Source of the DNA: an uncultured bacterium
GTDB lineage: Bacteria > Actinomycetota > Acidimicrobiia > Spongiisociales > UBA5794
Reading direction: 5' to 3'
Assembly (NCBI GenBank): GCA_963801165.1
Contig: CAWDDT010000013.1
Span: 64,001 to 128,000, forward strand
DNA: 64,000 nucleotides
The translations under genes were made by a program, and so were the position numbers. Below the pieces are notes generated by a model. It had not been told where the DNA came from and did no database searches. It saw only the letters and a program-made list of their open reading frames with translations. Below, one piece after another: positions 40,807 to 51,042 of this stretch. Position 1 is the first letter of the stretch. Each line of letters begins with the position of its first letter.

Positions 40807-41349
40807 TCAGGGTATCGCCACCGAGTCACGGAGCATCTCGAGCTTGCTCTCGCCGATCCCCGACACATCGAGAAGATCCTCGACCGAGTCGAACGGCCCA
40901 TTCTCATCACGAAACGCCGCAATCCGCTCGGCGAGCACCGGCCCGACACCGGGTAGCTGCTCCAGCTCCGACGGAGTTGCCGTGTTGATATGAATCTTTG
41001 CGTCCGTCACCGGTTCTGCTGTCGCGCCGCCCTCCTCGATACCGGGAATGACCACTTGCTGGCCGTCCTGAAGGGGCGCCGCCAGGTTCACCCGCTCCAG
41101 ATCGGCGTCCCTGGTGGTGCCACCAGCGGCGGCCACCGCATCTGCCAACCGTGAGCCTGCGCGCACCACAACGAGACCGGGAGCCATGACTTTGCCGGAG
41201 ATGTGCACCGTGATGCGGTCGTCGTTGGTCTCGGCCACCGTGTCGACAAACAGCGGCGCAGGCTCGGGTGTGCTCCGCCCATACCAGGCACGGGCGGCGA
41301 GCACCGCCAACACCAGAACGGCAACGGCAATCCAGTTTCGACCAGGCAA
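40807..41349 (-). CDS. comEA: Competence DNA receptor ComEA
   Basis: SLBB domain plus HhH INTAT..LEQLPGVG, VSGIG. Confidence 0.93.
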   Translation of the reverse strand: MPGRNWIAVAVLVLAVLAARAWYGRSTPEPAPLFVDTVAETNDDRITVHISGKVMAPGLVVVRAGSRLADAVAAAGGTTRDADLERVNLAAPLQDGQQVVIPGIEEGGATAEPVTDAKIHINTATPSELEQLPGVGPVLAERIAAFRDENGPFDSVEDLLDVSGIGESKLEMLRDSVAIP

Positions 41350-41439
41350 TGCGCCCCCATCACCGCCGCCGAACCTGCGCAGCTCAATACCTAGCAGCTA
41401 GGGACGATGGAGTGAAGGGCCTTGGAGAGCCCTTCCGCC

Positions 41440-42294
41440 TCACCCCGCAGCTTGTACTCGAAACAGGAAGGACACCCAGGACCGGTACGGCGACCAGTGC
41501 TCGGCCCGTACGGCGAGTGTGTTGACGGATGCGTCGGTGAGACCGTATGCGGAGCGCATCGCCCGGTGGAGGCGATGCTCGTGCCGCGGAAACACATCCG
41601 GGTGGCCGGCTCCCCTCACCAGGATCAGCTCCGCGGTGAACGGGCCTACTCCTTCGATCTCCCGGAGACGTGCGAGCGTCTCCTCGACACCGCTCGATCG
41701 CAGCCGACGGGAATCGAGCCGCCCGGCGAGGGCAGCACCCGCAACCGCCCGCAACCGTTCGATCTTGACCTGCGGGAGACCCGGGAAACTCTCCAGTTGC
41801 TCGAGACGACTCGGACCGGGAAATGCATACCCGTCCCCAATCCGGTCGCCGAGCTCACGCGCCATGTGCTTCTTGACCCGCGAAGCCGTGACCCTGGACG
41901 ACCTTTGCGAGATCACGCCCCAAACGGCAGCCTCGTAGGGAGTCCAGAAGCACACCGGTCGCAACCCCGGAAAGTCGGCCAGAATCGATCCGGCGATGGG
42001 GTCGCGGTCACCGACGTCGTCGAACCCTCTGGCGTCGACATCGAGCGACAGAACCCGAGCCACGTGTACGGCCACATCGTCTTGGTCCGCACTCCCGACA
42101 TACTCGAACTCGATGCCGTCGGCGCCCTGGACCGCGGTCACCCCGATCGGCTCCCACGAACTCTCCAGACACATCGACCAGCGCAATGTCGATCGCTGCC
42201 GATTCTCGCCTGCCGTTGGTGGCCAGCCTTCGAGGAATCGGATCGCAGCCCCCAGGTCGTAACGACCGCTCACCTCGAGAATATTGCCGCTCAT
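41440..42294 (-). CDS. AlkA-family DNA-3-methyladenine glycosylase
   Basis: PYEAAVW, IEGVGPFTAE HhH, WSPYRSW. Confidence 0.88.
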   Translation of the reverse strand: MSGNILEVSGRYDLGAAIRFLEGWPPTAGENRQRSTLRWSMCLESSWEPIGVTAVQGADGIEFEYVGSADQDDVAVHVARVLSLDVDARGFDDVGDRDPIAGSILADFPGLRPVCFWTPYEAAVWGVISQRSSRVTASRVKKHMARELGDRIGDGYAFPGPSRLEQLESFPGLPQVKIERLRAVAGAALAGRLDSRRLRSSGVEETLARLREIEGVGPFTAELILVRGAGHPDVFPRHEHRLHRAMRSAYGLTDASVNTLAVRAEHWSPYRSWVSFLFRVQAAG

Positions 42295-42656
42295 CGAGTC
42301 TGATGAGCGACGATGGCGTACCCGTCGGGATCCAAGAATCCGAACTGGCGACCAAACGCTCCGTCTGAGACCGGCTGGGTGATCGTCGCCCCCGATGCGG
42401 TCACCCGGGGGAACAGCTCGCCGACGTCGTCGCACCCCACCCAGAGCACGATGCCCCAGCCGAGACGAGCGACCTGATCGAGGTCGACCAGAGGCTCCCT
42501 CACCGCAAACGGGATGGGTCGCGAGTCGAACACAACGGCGTGCTGCGGCCCGTCAGGGTTCACCTCCAGCCCGAGGACGTCCTCGTAAAAACCCCGGGAT
42601 TGTCCGAGATCACGCACCTGGATCGCAATGAAGTCGGGCCCGATTACTTTCGACAT
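42291..42656 (-). CDS. VOC/glyoxalase family protein
   Basis: FYEDVLGL, FGRQFGFLDPDGY. Confidence 0.9.
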   Translation of the reverse strand: MSKVIGPDFIAIQVRDLGQSRGFYEDVLGLEVNPDGPQHAVVFDSRPIPFAVREPLVDLDQVARLGWGIVLWVGCDDVGELFPRVTASGATITQPVSDGAFGRQFGFLDPDGYAIVAHQTR

Positions 42657-42671
42657 TTGCAACGCTCCTTC

Positions 42672-42708
42672 TATCAGCATGCTTACACATTATAAGTATG
42701 CTTATAAT
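42672..42708. promoter_or_regulatory. Tandem MarR-type operators
   Basis: ATTATAAG-TATG-CTTATAAT (42689-42708) and related TATCAGCATGCTTACA (42672-42687) between divergent genes. Confidence 0.7.
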
Positions 42709-42714
42709 GTGTCA

Positions 42715-43143
42715 ATGACGGAGACCCAGCGGCGACTCGGATACCTGCTGAAGCGGGCCCAGAGTGCGTTCCGGCTTCGAATGGATCGTGCCCTCGACGA
42801 CATCGGGCTCACGACGTCGCAGTACGCCGTCCTGGCCGCTCTCGAAGAGGAGCCTGGCCTGTCCAACGCTGACCTGGCACGCCGATCGTTCGTTAGCCCG
42901 CAGACCATGATCAGGATTGTGGCGGCTCTCGAGGATCGCTCCCTGCTCACCAGGCAAGCCCGAACGGACAACGCAAGGGTTCGTGCAGCCACGGTCACCG
43001 ACGAGGGGCGGCGGCTGCTCCGTAGCGCTCACCTGGTGGTCGAGGAGATTGAGACGGCGATGACGCAGGGGCTCACGCGCATTGAGCTGGACCAGCTCAC
43101 CACGAGCCTCGACAGCCTGACAAAACGGCTCGAGGATGGCTGA
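42715..43143 (+). CDS. MarR family regulator
   Basis: GLTTSQYAVL, SNADLARRSFVSPQTM, TDEGR. Confidence 0.92.
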   Translation: MTETQRRLGYLLKRAQSAFRLRMDRALDDIGLTTSQYAVLAALEEEPGLSNADLARRSFVSPQTMIRIVAALEDRSLLTRQARTDNARVRAATVTDEGRRLLRSAHLVVEEIETAMTQGLTRIELDQLTTSLDSLTKRLEDG

Positions 43144-43153
43144 GCGCACCTGA

Positions 43154-43873
43154 TCAGATGTTGAGGTTGAAGAGAATCGCGATGGAGGCGAGCATGTTCA
43201 CCCCGGCGTGCGTGGCGACTGACAGGCCGATCCGCCCGGTGTACAGCGCCTGGTAACCGAGAACGAGACCGATCACGAATAACCCCGGCACCGCAAAGGC
43301 GGCGTTCGGATCGATCAGGTGGATGCCGGCAAAGACGGCTGCCGAGATCACAACGGCGGCGTGCGGCTTGAAATCGCGCCGCACCCGCGACAGGAGGACA
43401 CCGCGAAAGAGCAGCTCCTCGGTGAGCGGCGCGACCATCACCAGCACGACGAACACCAGGATCTTGGTCAGTGGCGACGACGCCTCCCCGGCGATGGTCG
43501 CGACGTCCTGCTCGGGCGGGTTCTCGAGATGCAGCAGCCAGGCGATGGGTATCTGGACCGCCACAACGACGGCGAGCTGCAACATGACACCGTAGAAGAC
43601 CCCGATGGCATCCCGGGCCTCGAAACGGAACCCGAAGTCGAGGTCCCACGAGGAGGTTCCCCGCGATTTCGACATGTAGGTGAGCATGGCGAGCTCCACC
43701 AGCGCCTGCCCGCTCGACGACAGCAGCAACAGCGGGACATCGGCGAGCTGGTTGCCGCCGTTGAGCGGTATGGCCAGCGTGATGATGATGAGCGACCCGA
43801 CCAATCCCCCGAAGAACACTGCAATGGCATCCGGGTAGGTCCACACGCTCGACGGGAGGTATGTGTCCTTCAT
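43154..43873 (-). CDS. CPBP (CAAX/Abi) intramembrane protease
   Basis: EELLFRG, FAGIH, HAGVN. Confidence 0.9.
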   Translation of the reverse strand: MKDTYLPSSVWTYPDAIAVFFGGLVGSLIIITLAIPLNGGNQLADVPLLLLSSSGQALVELAMLTYMSKSRGTSSWDLDFGFRFEARDAIGVFYGVMLQLAVVVAVQIPIAWLLHLENPPEQDVATIAGEASSPLTKILVFVVLVMVAPLTEELLFRGVLLSRVRRDFKPHAAVVISAAVFAGIHLIDPNAAFAVPGLFVIGLVLGYQALYTGRIGLSVATHAGVNMLASIAILFNLNI

Positions 43874-44304
43874 GTCGCGCCGCGCTCGAGAACAGCGGCA
43901 GCGACACGGCGTGCCTCGACCTCGAGACGGATCGCCCGATACGCCTCCCAATGACCGAGCCGATGCCAGCGTCCCCGGAGATAGTCACCTAGATACTGGG
44001 CCAGATGACGAGCGGCCCCCAGACGCCGCCATTGCTCTATGTGCATCAACTCGTGAACGATGAGCGTGGCCGACCGCTCGGGCTCAACACCCATGCGGAG
44101 CCGCTCCATGACCTCCGGTTGCACGAAGACGCCGAACGGCAACGAAACGGCGGCGATCCCTTTCGCCCAGAACCTGCGGAACAGTGGTGAGGCCACCCGC
44201 ACGGCCACGGTGCCGGGGTCGACCCGCGGCATGCACGCACGCAACGCATCGGGGTCGACACCGGTGGCACGCAAGAGATCGGCTGCGGGGGCGACTTCGT
44301 ACAT
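43870..44304 (-). CDS. Small HExxH metallopeptidase-like protein (DUF4157-like)
   Basis: HELMHIEQW..Y..IRLEVEAR; ATGA overlap with the next gene. Confidence 0.7.
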   Translation of the reverse strand: MYEVAPAADLLRATGVDPDALRACMPRVDPGTVAVRVASPLFRRFWAKGIAAVSLPFGVFVQPEVMERLRMGVEPERSATLIVHELMHIEQWRRLGAARHLAQYLGDYLRGRWHRLGHWEAYRAIRLEVEARRVAAAVLERGAT

Positions 44305-44405
44305 GGGGTTGCAGCGTACCCGCGATTCGCCGGCTCGGAGTCCGGAGTCTGGTCGACGTATGGCACCGCGCCTACCATGGCGCCTTCGACCGCCCGAGGC
44401 AGGGA

Positions 44406-47150
44406 ATGGACTACCAACACCAAGAGATCGAGCAGCGCTGGCAGCAGGATTGGGAGCGGGACGGCCTCTACCGCAGCGAGGTCGATTGGTCGCGGCCGAA
44501 GCACTACGCCCTGACCATGCTCCCCTACCCGTCCGGCGATCTCCACATGGGCCACTGGTATGCGATGACGCCCTCCGACGCCAGGGCCCGGTTGATGCGG
44601 ATGAAGGGCTACAACGTTCTGTTCCCGATCGGGTTCGACGCATTCGGCCTCCCTGCCGAGAACGCGGCGGTGCAGCGCAACGTCCACCCGGCGAAGTGGA
44701 CGTACCAGAACATCGAGCGAATGCGGCAGCAACTGCGGTCGATGGGGGCGATGTTCGATTGGGAGCGCGAAGCGGTCAGCTGCGACCCCGAGTATTACGA
44801 GTGGACCGAGTGGTTCTTCAAGCGGATGTTCGAGAGCGACATCGCCTACCGGGGCGAGGCGATGGTGAACTGGTCCGAGACGCTGCAAACCGTGCTGGCG
44901 AACGAGCAGGTCATCGACGGCAAGGACGAGCGCACCGGCCAGCCGGTGGTCCAGAAGATGATGGAGCAGTGGTTCTTCGCCCTGACCGGGTACGCAGATG
45001 AGCTGCTCGATTTCGAGGGCATCGACTGGCCCGATCCCATCCGGATGATGCAGACCAACTGGATCGGCCGCTCCGAAGGCGCCGAGGTGACCTTTGCCAC
45101 CACGACCGGCGACGACATGGTCGTATTCACCACCCGGCCCGACACCCTGTGGGGCGCCACCTTCATGGTGCTCTCCCCCGAGCATCCCCTCGTCGACAAG
45201 CTCACCACGAACGAGCACCGAACCTCCGTCGAGGAGTACCGGAGGATGGCGGCTGCCCAGACCGAGCTGGAGCGAATGGAGGAAAGCCGGGAGAAGACCG
45301 GCGTCTTCACGGGAGGGTACGCCGTCAACCCGGTCAACAAGGAGCGCATCCCGGTATGGATCGCCGACTACGTGCTTGTCTCGTACGGGACCGGGGCCAT
45401 CATGGCGGTCCCCGCTCACGACGAGCGAGATTTCGAGTTTGCCCGCAAGTTCGGGCTGAGCATCGTCCCTGTGATCCATCCGGCCGGCTCTGGTCCCCTC
45501 GACGAGCCGGCCATGACCGGGGCATACGTCGGCGCCGGGGTGATGGTCAACAGCGGCCCGATCGACGGTATCGAGACCACCGAGGGCAAGGGCCGCGCCA
45601 ACCCGTCAGTCGCCGCGGCCATCGACTGGCTCGAGGAGCACGGCGCCGGGAAGGAGGCGATCAACTACCGCGTGCGTGACTGGCTGATCTCCCGCCAGCG
45701 GTACTGGGGCTCGCCTATTCCGATGATCCACCGCCAGGACGGGCGCATCGAGGCGGTCGCCGATCTACCGGTGATCCTCCCCGAGGATGTCGAGTTCTCG
45801 GGTAGGAGCCCGCTGGCGGAGCTGCCGGAGTTCGTCGACACCGTTGATTCCGATGGGAACCCGGCGCGGCGGGAGACCGACACGATGGACACCTTCATGT
45901 GCTCGTCGTGGTACTGGTTCCGCTACCTGTCGCCGCACTACAACAGCGCCCCCTTCGACCCCGAAGAGGCGGCGTACTGGCTTCCCGTCGACGTCTACAC
46001 CGGTGGCGCCGAGCACGCCGTCATGCATCTGCTCTACGCCCGGTTCTTCGTCAAGGCGATGCGTGACATGGGTGTGTTCGATGACACCGCGGCTGCGATG
46101 CGCGAACACGATCGGGATCCCGATGGATTGTTCGACGAGCCGTTCCTCATGTTGCGTAACCAGGGCCAGGTGCTCGGTGCCGAGCGTCTCGGTGATCGGC
46201 TGGTCATCAACGGCGGGTGGGATCAGGGACGGCTGGTCGCCGCTTCGGTGCGCGTCGACGACGCCGCTGCGCACGATGCGGGCGACGTCGTCGGTGAGCT
46301 GATGCGCCGCACCGAGAACCTGCTCCAGGTGGCCACCGACAATGGCCTGGTCGGTGTCGAGGTACCCGCCGCGACGCCGGTCGAGATACCGTCCATCCCC
46401 GGCACCAACGACGTAACCCAGCTCAAGCACCATCTCGAGATCCAACGGATGTCGAAATCGAAGGGCAACGTGGTCAACCCCGACGAGCTGGTCGTCGAAT
46501 ACGGTGCCGACACGGTCCGGACCCATCTCATGTTCGCTTTCGAGTGGCAGAAAGGCGGACCGTGGGACAGCCGCGGCATCGCCGGTTCACGCCGTTTCAT
46601 CGAGGACGTATGGAGGCTCGGCACCTCCCGGTACACCCCCGGTTCGGTCACCGACGAGGCCTCCGGTGATCTGCGCCGCACGGTGCATCAGACGATCGCC
46701 AAGGTCGACCGAGACATGGCCGACTTCAAGTGGAACACATCGGTGGCGGCGCTGATGACGCTGCGCAATACCATGCTCGATTCGTTACGGGCCACCGACG
46801 TGACGACAGGCGTGTGGACCGAAGCGCTGGAGACGCTGCTGAAGCTGCTGGCGCCGATCGCCCCGCACATCACCGAGGAGCTGTGGCACCAGCTCGGCCA
46901 CACCGACTCGATCCACGTCCAGCGCTGGCCGGAGTCGGATCCCGAGGTCGCCGCCGAGGACGTGGTCACCATGGTGGTGCAGGTAAACGGCAAGGTAAGG
47001 GACCGCGTCGAGGTGTCCGCCTCCATATCCGAAGACGATGCCACCGCCGCTGCCCTGGCCGCCGCAAAGATCCAGCCATGGCTGGAGCAGGGTCAGGTGC
47101 ACAAAGTAATCGCCCGCCCCCCGAGGCTGGTCAACATCGTCGTCGGTTGA
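44406..47150 (+). CDS. leuS: Leucine--tRNA ligase
   Basis: PYPSGDLHMGH, FTTRPDT, GTGAIMAVPAHD, RMSKSKGN, VQVNGKVR. Confidence 0.98.
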   Translation: MDYQHQEIEQRWQQDWERDGLYRSEVDWSRPKHYALTMLPYPSGDLHMGHWYAMTPSDARARLMRMKGYNVLFPIGFDAFGLPAENAAVQRNVHPAKWTYQNIERMRQQLRSMGAMFDWEREAVSCDPEYYEWTEWFFKRMFESDIAYRGEAMVNWSETLQTVLANEQVIDGKDERTGQPVVQKMMEQWFFALTGYADELLDFEGIDWPDPIRMMQTNWIGRSEGAEVTFATTTGDDMVVFTTRPDTLWGATFMVLSPEHPLVDKLTTNEHRTSVEEYRRMAAAQTELERMEESREKTGVFTGGYAVNPVNKERIPVWIADYVLVSYGTGAIMAVPAHDERDFEFARKFGLSIVPVIHPAGSGPLDEPAMTGAYVGAGVMVNSGPIDGIETTEGKGRANPSVAAAIDWLEEHGAGKEAINYRVRDWLISRQRYWGSPIPMIHRQDGRIEAVADLPVILPEDVEFSGRSPLAELPEFVDTVDSDGNPARRETDTMDTFMCSSWYWFRYLSPHYNSAPFDPEEAAYWLPVDVYTGGAEHAVMHLLYARFFVKAMRDMGVFDDTAAAMREHDRDPDGLFDEPFLMLRNQGQVLGAERLGDRLVINGGWDQGRLVAASVRVDDAAAHDAGDVVGELMRRTENLLQVATDNGLVGVEVPAATPVEIPSIPGTNDVTQLKHHLEIQRMSKSKGNVVNPDELVVEYGADTVRTHLMFAFEWQKGGPWDSRGIAGSRRFIEDVWRLGTSRYTPGSVTDEASGDLRRTVHQTIAKVDRDMADFKWNTSVAALMTLRNTMLDSLRATDVTTGVWTEALETLLKLLAPIAPHITEELWHQLGHTDSIHVQRWPESDPEVAAEDVVTMVVQVNGKVRDRVEVSASISEDDATAAALAAAKIQPWLEQGQVHKVIARPPRLVNIVVG

Positions 47151-47156
47151 CAACGG

Positions 47157-47537
47157 TCAAGTCACCAGCGCGACCAGCAGCGCCAGCAAAGGTGCGAGCC
47201 CCTGAAGCAGCGCACCCCGGAGCAGACGTCGATCCGAAACGACCAGGACGATCGCAGCACCGATCATGAACAGGGCGGTGAAAACCAGCAACTCGTCATG
47301 TGATCTCGTGACGACGTCGCTGCTGTAGACGATCCCGGTGAATGCTCCCAGGGCGAGGAAGAGGTTGTAGAAGCCCTGGTTGAGAAGGGCGGGGGCCATC
47401 ACGTCGGCCTGGCCCGGGTCGGTGATGCCAAAGACCCTGTGCACCCGGGGTCGGCGCCACAAGACGCTCTCCATGACGAAGAAACCGACATGGATCGCCC
47501 CGGCAACACCCATCAGGATCAGCGACAACAACGGCAT
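47157..47537 (-). CDS. DUF1304 membrane protein
   Basis: HVGFFVMES, NQGFYNLFLA. Confidence 0.85.
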   Translation of the reverse strand: MPLLSLILMGVAGAIHVGFFVMESVLWRRPRVHRVFGITDPGQADVMAPALLNQGFYNLFLALGAFTGIVYSSDVVTRSHDELLVFTALFMIGAAIVLVVSDRRLLRGALLQGLAPLLALLVALVT

Positions 47538-47584
47538 GTGAGAACCCTAGCCGGGCTCTTTTCCCGCCGCTCCCGGCAGCCCTA

Positions 47585-48436
47585 TCAACGCCAGCTGTCC
47601 CGCGCAGACCCCGCCAGCGGGTAGTCGTCCGCCGACAGGTACAAGAAGCAGGTGAACTCCCTGGCGGCGCCGTCCCACGCTGTCTCATCGACGGTAAACG
47701 GCTCGGCGGTGAACGCCGAGAGGTTTCCCGGGACTCCAACGAATGACGTCACCGCAGAGGCGCACGAGCCGGCTGCGGCCTCCTCGTACGCGTTGTAGTC
47801 GCCTCCCGCTGCCTCACCTGCGAAATAGACCTCGCCGAAGTGGCCGGATTCGCACGGGACCACCTCGATCTGGTCGGGTCGAGCGACGTCTGCGACGAAC
47901 GGGTAGGCAAAGCACGTTCCGACCGGGGCATTTGCCGGCACGATGACGGCTCCTGGATCGGGGACGGTGGCCGCGGTCACCGGCGACAGCGTCAGGAGGT
48001 AGTTGTCGCCGCAGCGACCGTCCACGATTCTGCCCACGTCGCCGCCTACTCCCTTCGCCGACACCCACGCCCCTGAGGAATCGGAGAAGATCGAGGGCGG
48101 AATGTATAGCGCCTCCACGCACCAGTTGTTTGCATCACCGACGAGGAAGAAGGTTCTGGCAATGGTCGAATCAGCCCGCGGTACTGCCGTCGACTCGACC
48201 AGGAAGTCGGGCCCCCAGATCACGTCGCCGTCGCCCGACACCCCGGGCGTCACCGTGACCCTCGGCAATCGGCCGGCGCTCACCACGTAGTCGGCAATGG
48301 CGGTGCCGAGCGCGCCAACATCGGCGCGCGCCGAGCGCTCCGCTGGTGACGTCAGCACGAACCACGACAGGGAAGCGATCACGGCGACCACGGCGACCGC
48401 CGCTATCCCCACCACCGCCATTGTGCCCCGCCTCAC
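47585..48436 (-). CDS. Membrane-anchored protein with septum-formation-like Cys domain
   Basis: N-terminal TM; GTCF..VVPCESGHFGEVY..C..FTC..GSAR; start uncertain. Confidence 0.7.
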   Translation of the reverse strand: MRRGTMAVVGIAAVAVVAVIASLSWFVLTSPAERSARADVGALGTAIADYVVSAGRLPRVTVTPGVSGDGDVIWGPDFLVESTAVPRADSTIARTFFLVGDANNWCVEALYIPPSIFSDSSGAWVSAKGVGGDVGRIVDGRCGDNYLLTLSPVTAATVPDPGAVIVPANAPVGTCFAYPFVADVARPDQIEVVPCESGHFGEVYFAGEAAGGDYNAYEEAAAGSCASAVTSFVGVPGNLSAFTAEPFTVDETAWDGAAREFTCFLYLSADDYPLAGSARDSWR

Positions 48437-48551
48437 CCGGACACCGTCGCAGGAGAACCGGGCAGATCAGCAGTCATCAGGCTCCTCGCCCGATCCAGCA
48501 GGGAATCCGGTCGGGGCCGCCGGTTAGTCGCAGATCCTTTTCACGGGGATT

Positions 48552-48743
48552 CTACCTGAACTCGGGATTGGCGTTCATGCTCGCCAGCGGGTCACGTTTG
48601 GATCCCGGCTTGCCCGTGACGTAGTAGCTCCCGTCAAAGTGCTGGAAGACGATCTCAATCCGGTGATTTCTTCCGATCCTCGCACCGAGTGTCGTGATTT
48701 CGACCACGCCGCCGTCGAGAGCGTTGTTGACTGCCTTGTCCAT
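48552..48743 (-). pseudogene. Truncated deazaflavin-dependent oxidoreductase-like gene
   Basis: EITTLGAR.GR.HRIEI..RD..A.M.ANPEF resembles the Ddn-family N-half and then stops. Confidence 0.55.
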
Positions 48744-48808
48744 ACGGCTTTGAACCGCACCGAGTCAACGTTTTCCTCGACCGCCGGGCCGTCCCTGCTA
48801 ATCGGTAC

Positions 48809-49675
48809 TTAGCCGGCGACAACAACCACAAGGACCCCTGCTGCGACGACGAGAGTCGACACCGCAGCGAAAGTCGTGACGGCATAGTTGTGGTTTCGGG
48901 CGGCTCCCAGCAGTATGAGGGCCGGAATCAGCCCCGCCGCAACCGCCAACCCGGCCCCTGCAGCGATCCCACCCATAGCTACACCCATCACCGCGATGAC
49001 CGCTGCCAATACCAGCATGATGGCGATCAATCGACCCGATCGGGCCTCTCCGAGACGTACCCCCAGCACCCGTTTGCCGGCTGCGGCATCGGACTCGAGA
49101 TCCGGGAGTTCGAAGGCAAGCATCATCGCCATATGAACTGGGAGCAAGATACCGACTGCCCACCACAGGGCCACACTGGCCGGTGCCTGCTGAACCGCCC
49201 ACCCAATGACAGGAACCGCAACGACCACAACCGACGAAGTCGCCATTTCACCCCAACCCGTCCCGAGCAGACGAATCGGGGGCATCGAATAGCCCCAAGA
49301 GACAGCGAGAGTCATCAACCCGACGCCAGCAGCCAGCGGGGACCCAACCGCAACCACCACAGCCAGGATCACCCCGATAGTCGTTGATGCCCACGCCGCC
49401 CGCAGAGCCACCACCGGTTTGAGATCACCCGAAACTAGAACACCGCTCCCCCCGGAGAACATCGTACGCCGGTCGACCGTCCGATCAGCCTCACGATCCC
49501 CGTACTCGTTGACGAAGTGCGCCGTGATCTGCATCGAAGTGACCATGGCCTGTCCAAGTGCGTATTCGAACCAGGCGATATCGCCTGCCCCAGCCGAACC
49601 GAGCGCAAAGAGAAGCGCACCGCCCAGAAGAAAGTGCGGCCGGCTCAGTTTCACGAACGCCAAGAAAGGACCCAT
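48809..49675 (-). CDS. UbiA/MenA-like prenyltransferase
   Basis: NEYGDREAD, FSGGS, YSMPP, PDLESDAAAGKR. Confidence 0.88.
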   Translation of the reverse strand: MGPFLAFVKLSRPHFLLGGALLFALGSAGAGDIAWFEYALGQAMVTSMQITAHFVNEYGDREADRTVDRRTMFSGGSGVLVSGDLKPVVALRAAWASTTIGVILAVVVAVGSPLAAGVGLMTLAVSWGYSMPPIRLLGTGWGEMATSSVVVVAVPVIGWAVQQAPASVALWWAVGILLPVHMAMMLAFELPDLESDAAAGKRVLGVRLGEARSGRLIAIMLVLAAVIAVMGVAMGGIAAGAGLAVAAGLIPALILLGAARNHNYAVTTFAAVSTLVVAAGVLVVVVAG

Positions 49676-49961
49676 CCAGGGATTGTCGCACTTCGTACCC
49701 GCCGGACGCTGCGAACCCAGCAGTGACGGGCAGTGTGGAAGGATGAGACGGTCGCGACGTTACCCGACTAGCACACAGAGGAGGTGACCCGGCACTCGAA
49801 ACCACAACCGGCTAGAAAGAAACCAACGAGGCCGACGCGGTATCACTCATAGACCACGCCGCCAGACGTGACCTACTGCTGATGCTCGGTCAATCGAGCA
49901 GGAACGACGACAGAGACGGTGCCCGTGACATGCAAGGTCTGGAGGTACCGGGAGGAGCACG

Positions 49962-50306
49962 ATGAGCAACGAACAGATGACACCTGAGACGAAAGGTGTT
50001 GCGGTGAAGCTACTTGCAACGGTTGAGCTTGGCCCTGAGATCGAGGATATGGCAGGACATCACCTTCGAATGCGCATGGTGACCATCGAGGCTGGAGGCG
50101 TTTTCGGCCCGATTCACGACCACATCGGCAGACCAGGCACCGTCTACGTACTGCAAGGAACGATCACTGATCATCGAAATGGAGTCGCCACGGACTACGG
50201 GCCGGGAGTCGGCTGGCCCGAAGATAGGAACACGACGCACTGGCTCGAGAACAGAGGAACGATTCCGGCAGTGGAGATCTCGGTAGATGTCGCAAAGCAA
50301 GAGTAA
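49962..50306 (+). CDS. Cupin domain protein
   Basis: GGAGGAG RBS; HDH..RPGTVYVLQG..E....HWLEN. Confidence 0.85.
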   Translation: MSNEQMTPETKGVAVKLLATVELGPEIEDMAGHHLRMRMVTIEAGGVFGPIHDHIGRPGTVYVLQGTITDHRNGVATDYGPGVGWPEDRNTTHWLENRGTIPAVEISVDVAKQE

Positions 50307-50511
50307 GGCTCAGGCCGGTGGGCTCGCAGACCCGGCCGAAGGTGGGCGCAGATGTCGGGATGACCTTGGTTGCGGCCTAGCTCGACGAAGCCGGACGCCC
50401 TTTCAATCTGCTGGAACCTCCCACGCCGGACGGCCGATGCCGCCCACATGGGCTAGACGTCGCATATCACCGAATCGTCCCACAACACGCCGGTGCCAAC
50501 CCTCGATCCGT

Positions 50512-50685
50512 ATGGTCACAACAATCGGAATCGACCCGCACAAGGCAACGCACACCGCGGTCGCTATTGATGAATCCGAGACGGTGTTGGGTCAGTTGAC
50601 GGTCCCCGCCGACCGGTATCAAACAACCCGGCTCCTGGATTGGGCTAGTCAACTCAACGGCAACGGACGTATCTGGGCAGTCGAG
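50512..50685 (+). pseudogene. IS110 transposase 5' fragment
   Basis: TIGIDPHKATHTAVAID..WAVE closely resembles the 8122-9150 N-terminus; similarity then ends. Confidence 0.85.
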
Positions 50686-50743
50686 GTGCTCATTATCGAG
50701 CGGGAATTGTTGACCGGCTTGGTTCGTTGGGCGAACGAGGGTA

Positions 50744-50771
50744 TTGATAGGTCAATATTCTGACCTATACT
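50744..50771 (+). promoter_or_regulatory. TA operon promoter and operator
   Basis: TTGATA-16 nt-TATACT overlapped by ATAGGTCA-N6-TGACCTAT (50747-50768); ATG follows closely, probably leaderless. Confidence 0.75.
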
Positions 50772-50778
50772 GGTGCGT

Positions 50779-51033
50779 ATGAGCGACACTCTCCCCTTCT
50801 CGGAAGTCAAGACACATCTCTCTGAATTGGCCGACCGGGTCGAAGTCCAACACGACCGCATCCTGGTGACTCGGAACGGCCGACCCTCATTCGTACTTAT
50901 GAGCCCCGACGACCTCGAATCCCTCGAGGAGTCACTCGACATCCTCAGAGACGATAAACTGATGAAGTCGTTACGACGATCACGCCGAGAAGCCGCCCAA
51001 GGCAAGCGAATCCGCCTTTCAGACCACGTCTGA
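50779..51033 (+). CDS. Phd/YefM antitoxin
   Basis: SEVKTHLSELADRV..ILVTRNGRP..LESLEESL. Confidence 0.93.
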   Translation: MSDTLPFSEVKTHLSELADRVEVQHDRILVTRNGRPSFVLMSPDDLESLEESLDILRDDKLMKSLRRSRREAAQGKRIRLSDHV

Positions 51034-51042
51034 GGCGACTTC

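Noticed and set aside
46180-46445. Intein in LeuRS
   Set aside because: No C/S start block or HN-C/S/T end; too short.
50310-50511. Second bridge RNA before the IS110 fragment
   Set aside because: No similarity seen to the 9180-9355 scaffold and no element ends available to test guides.
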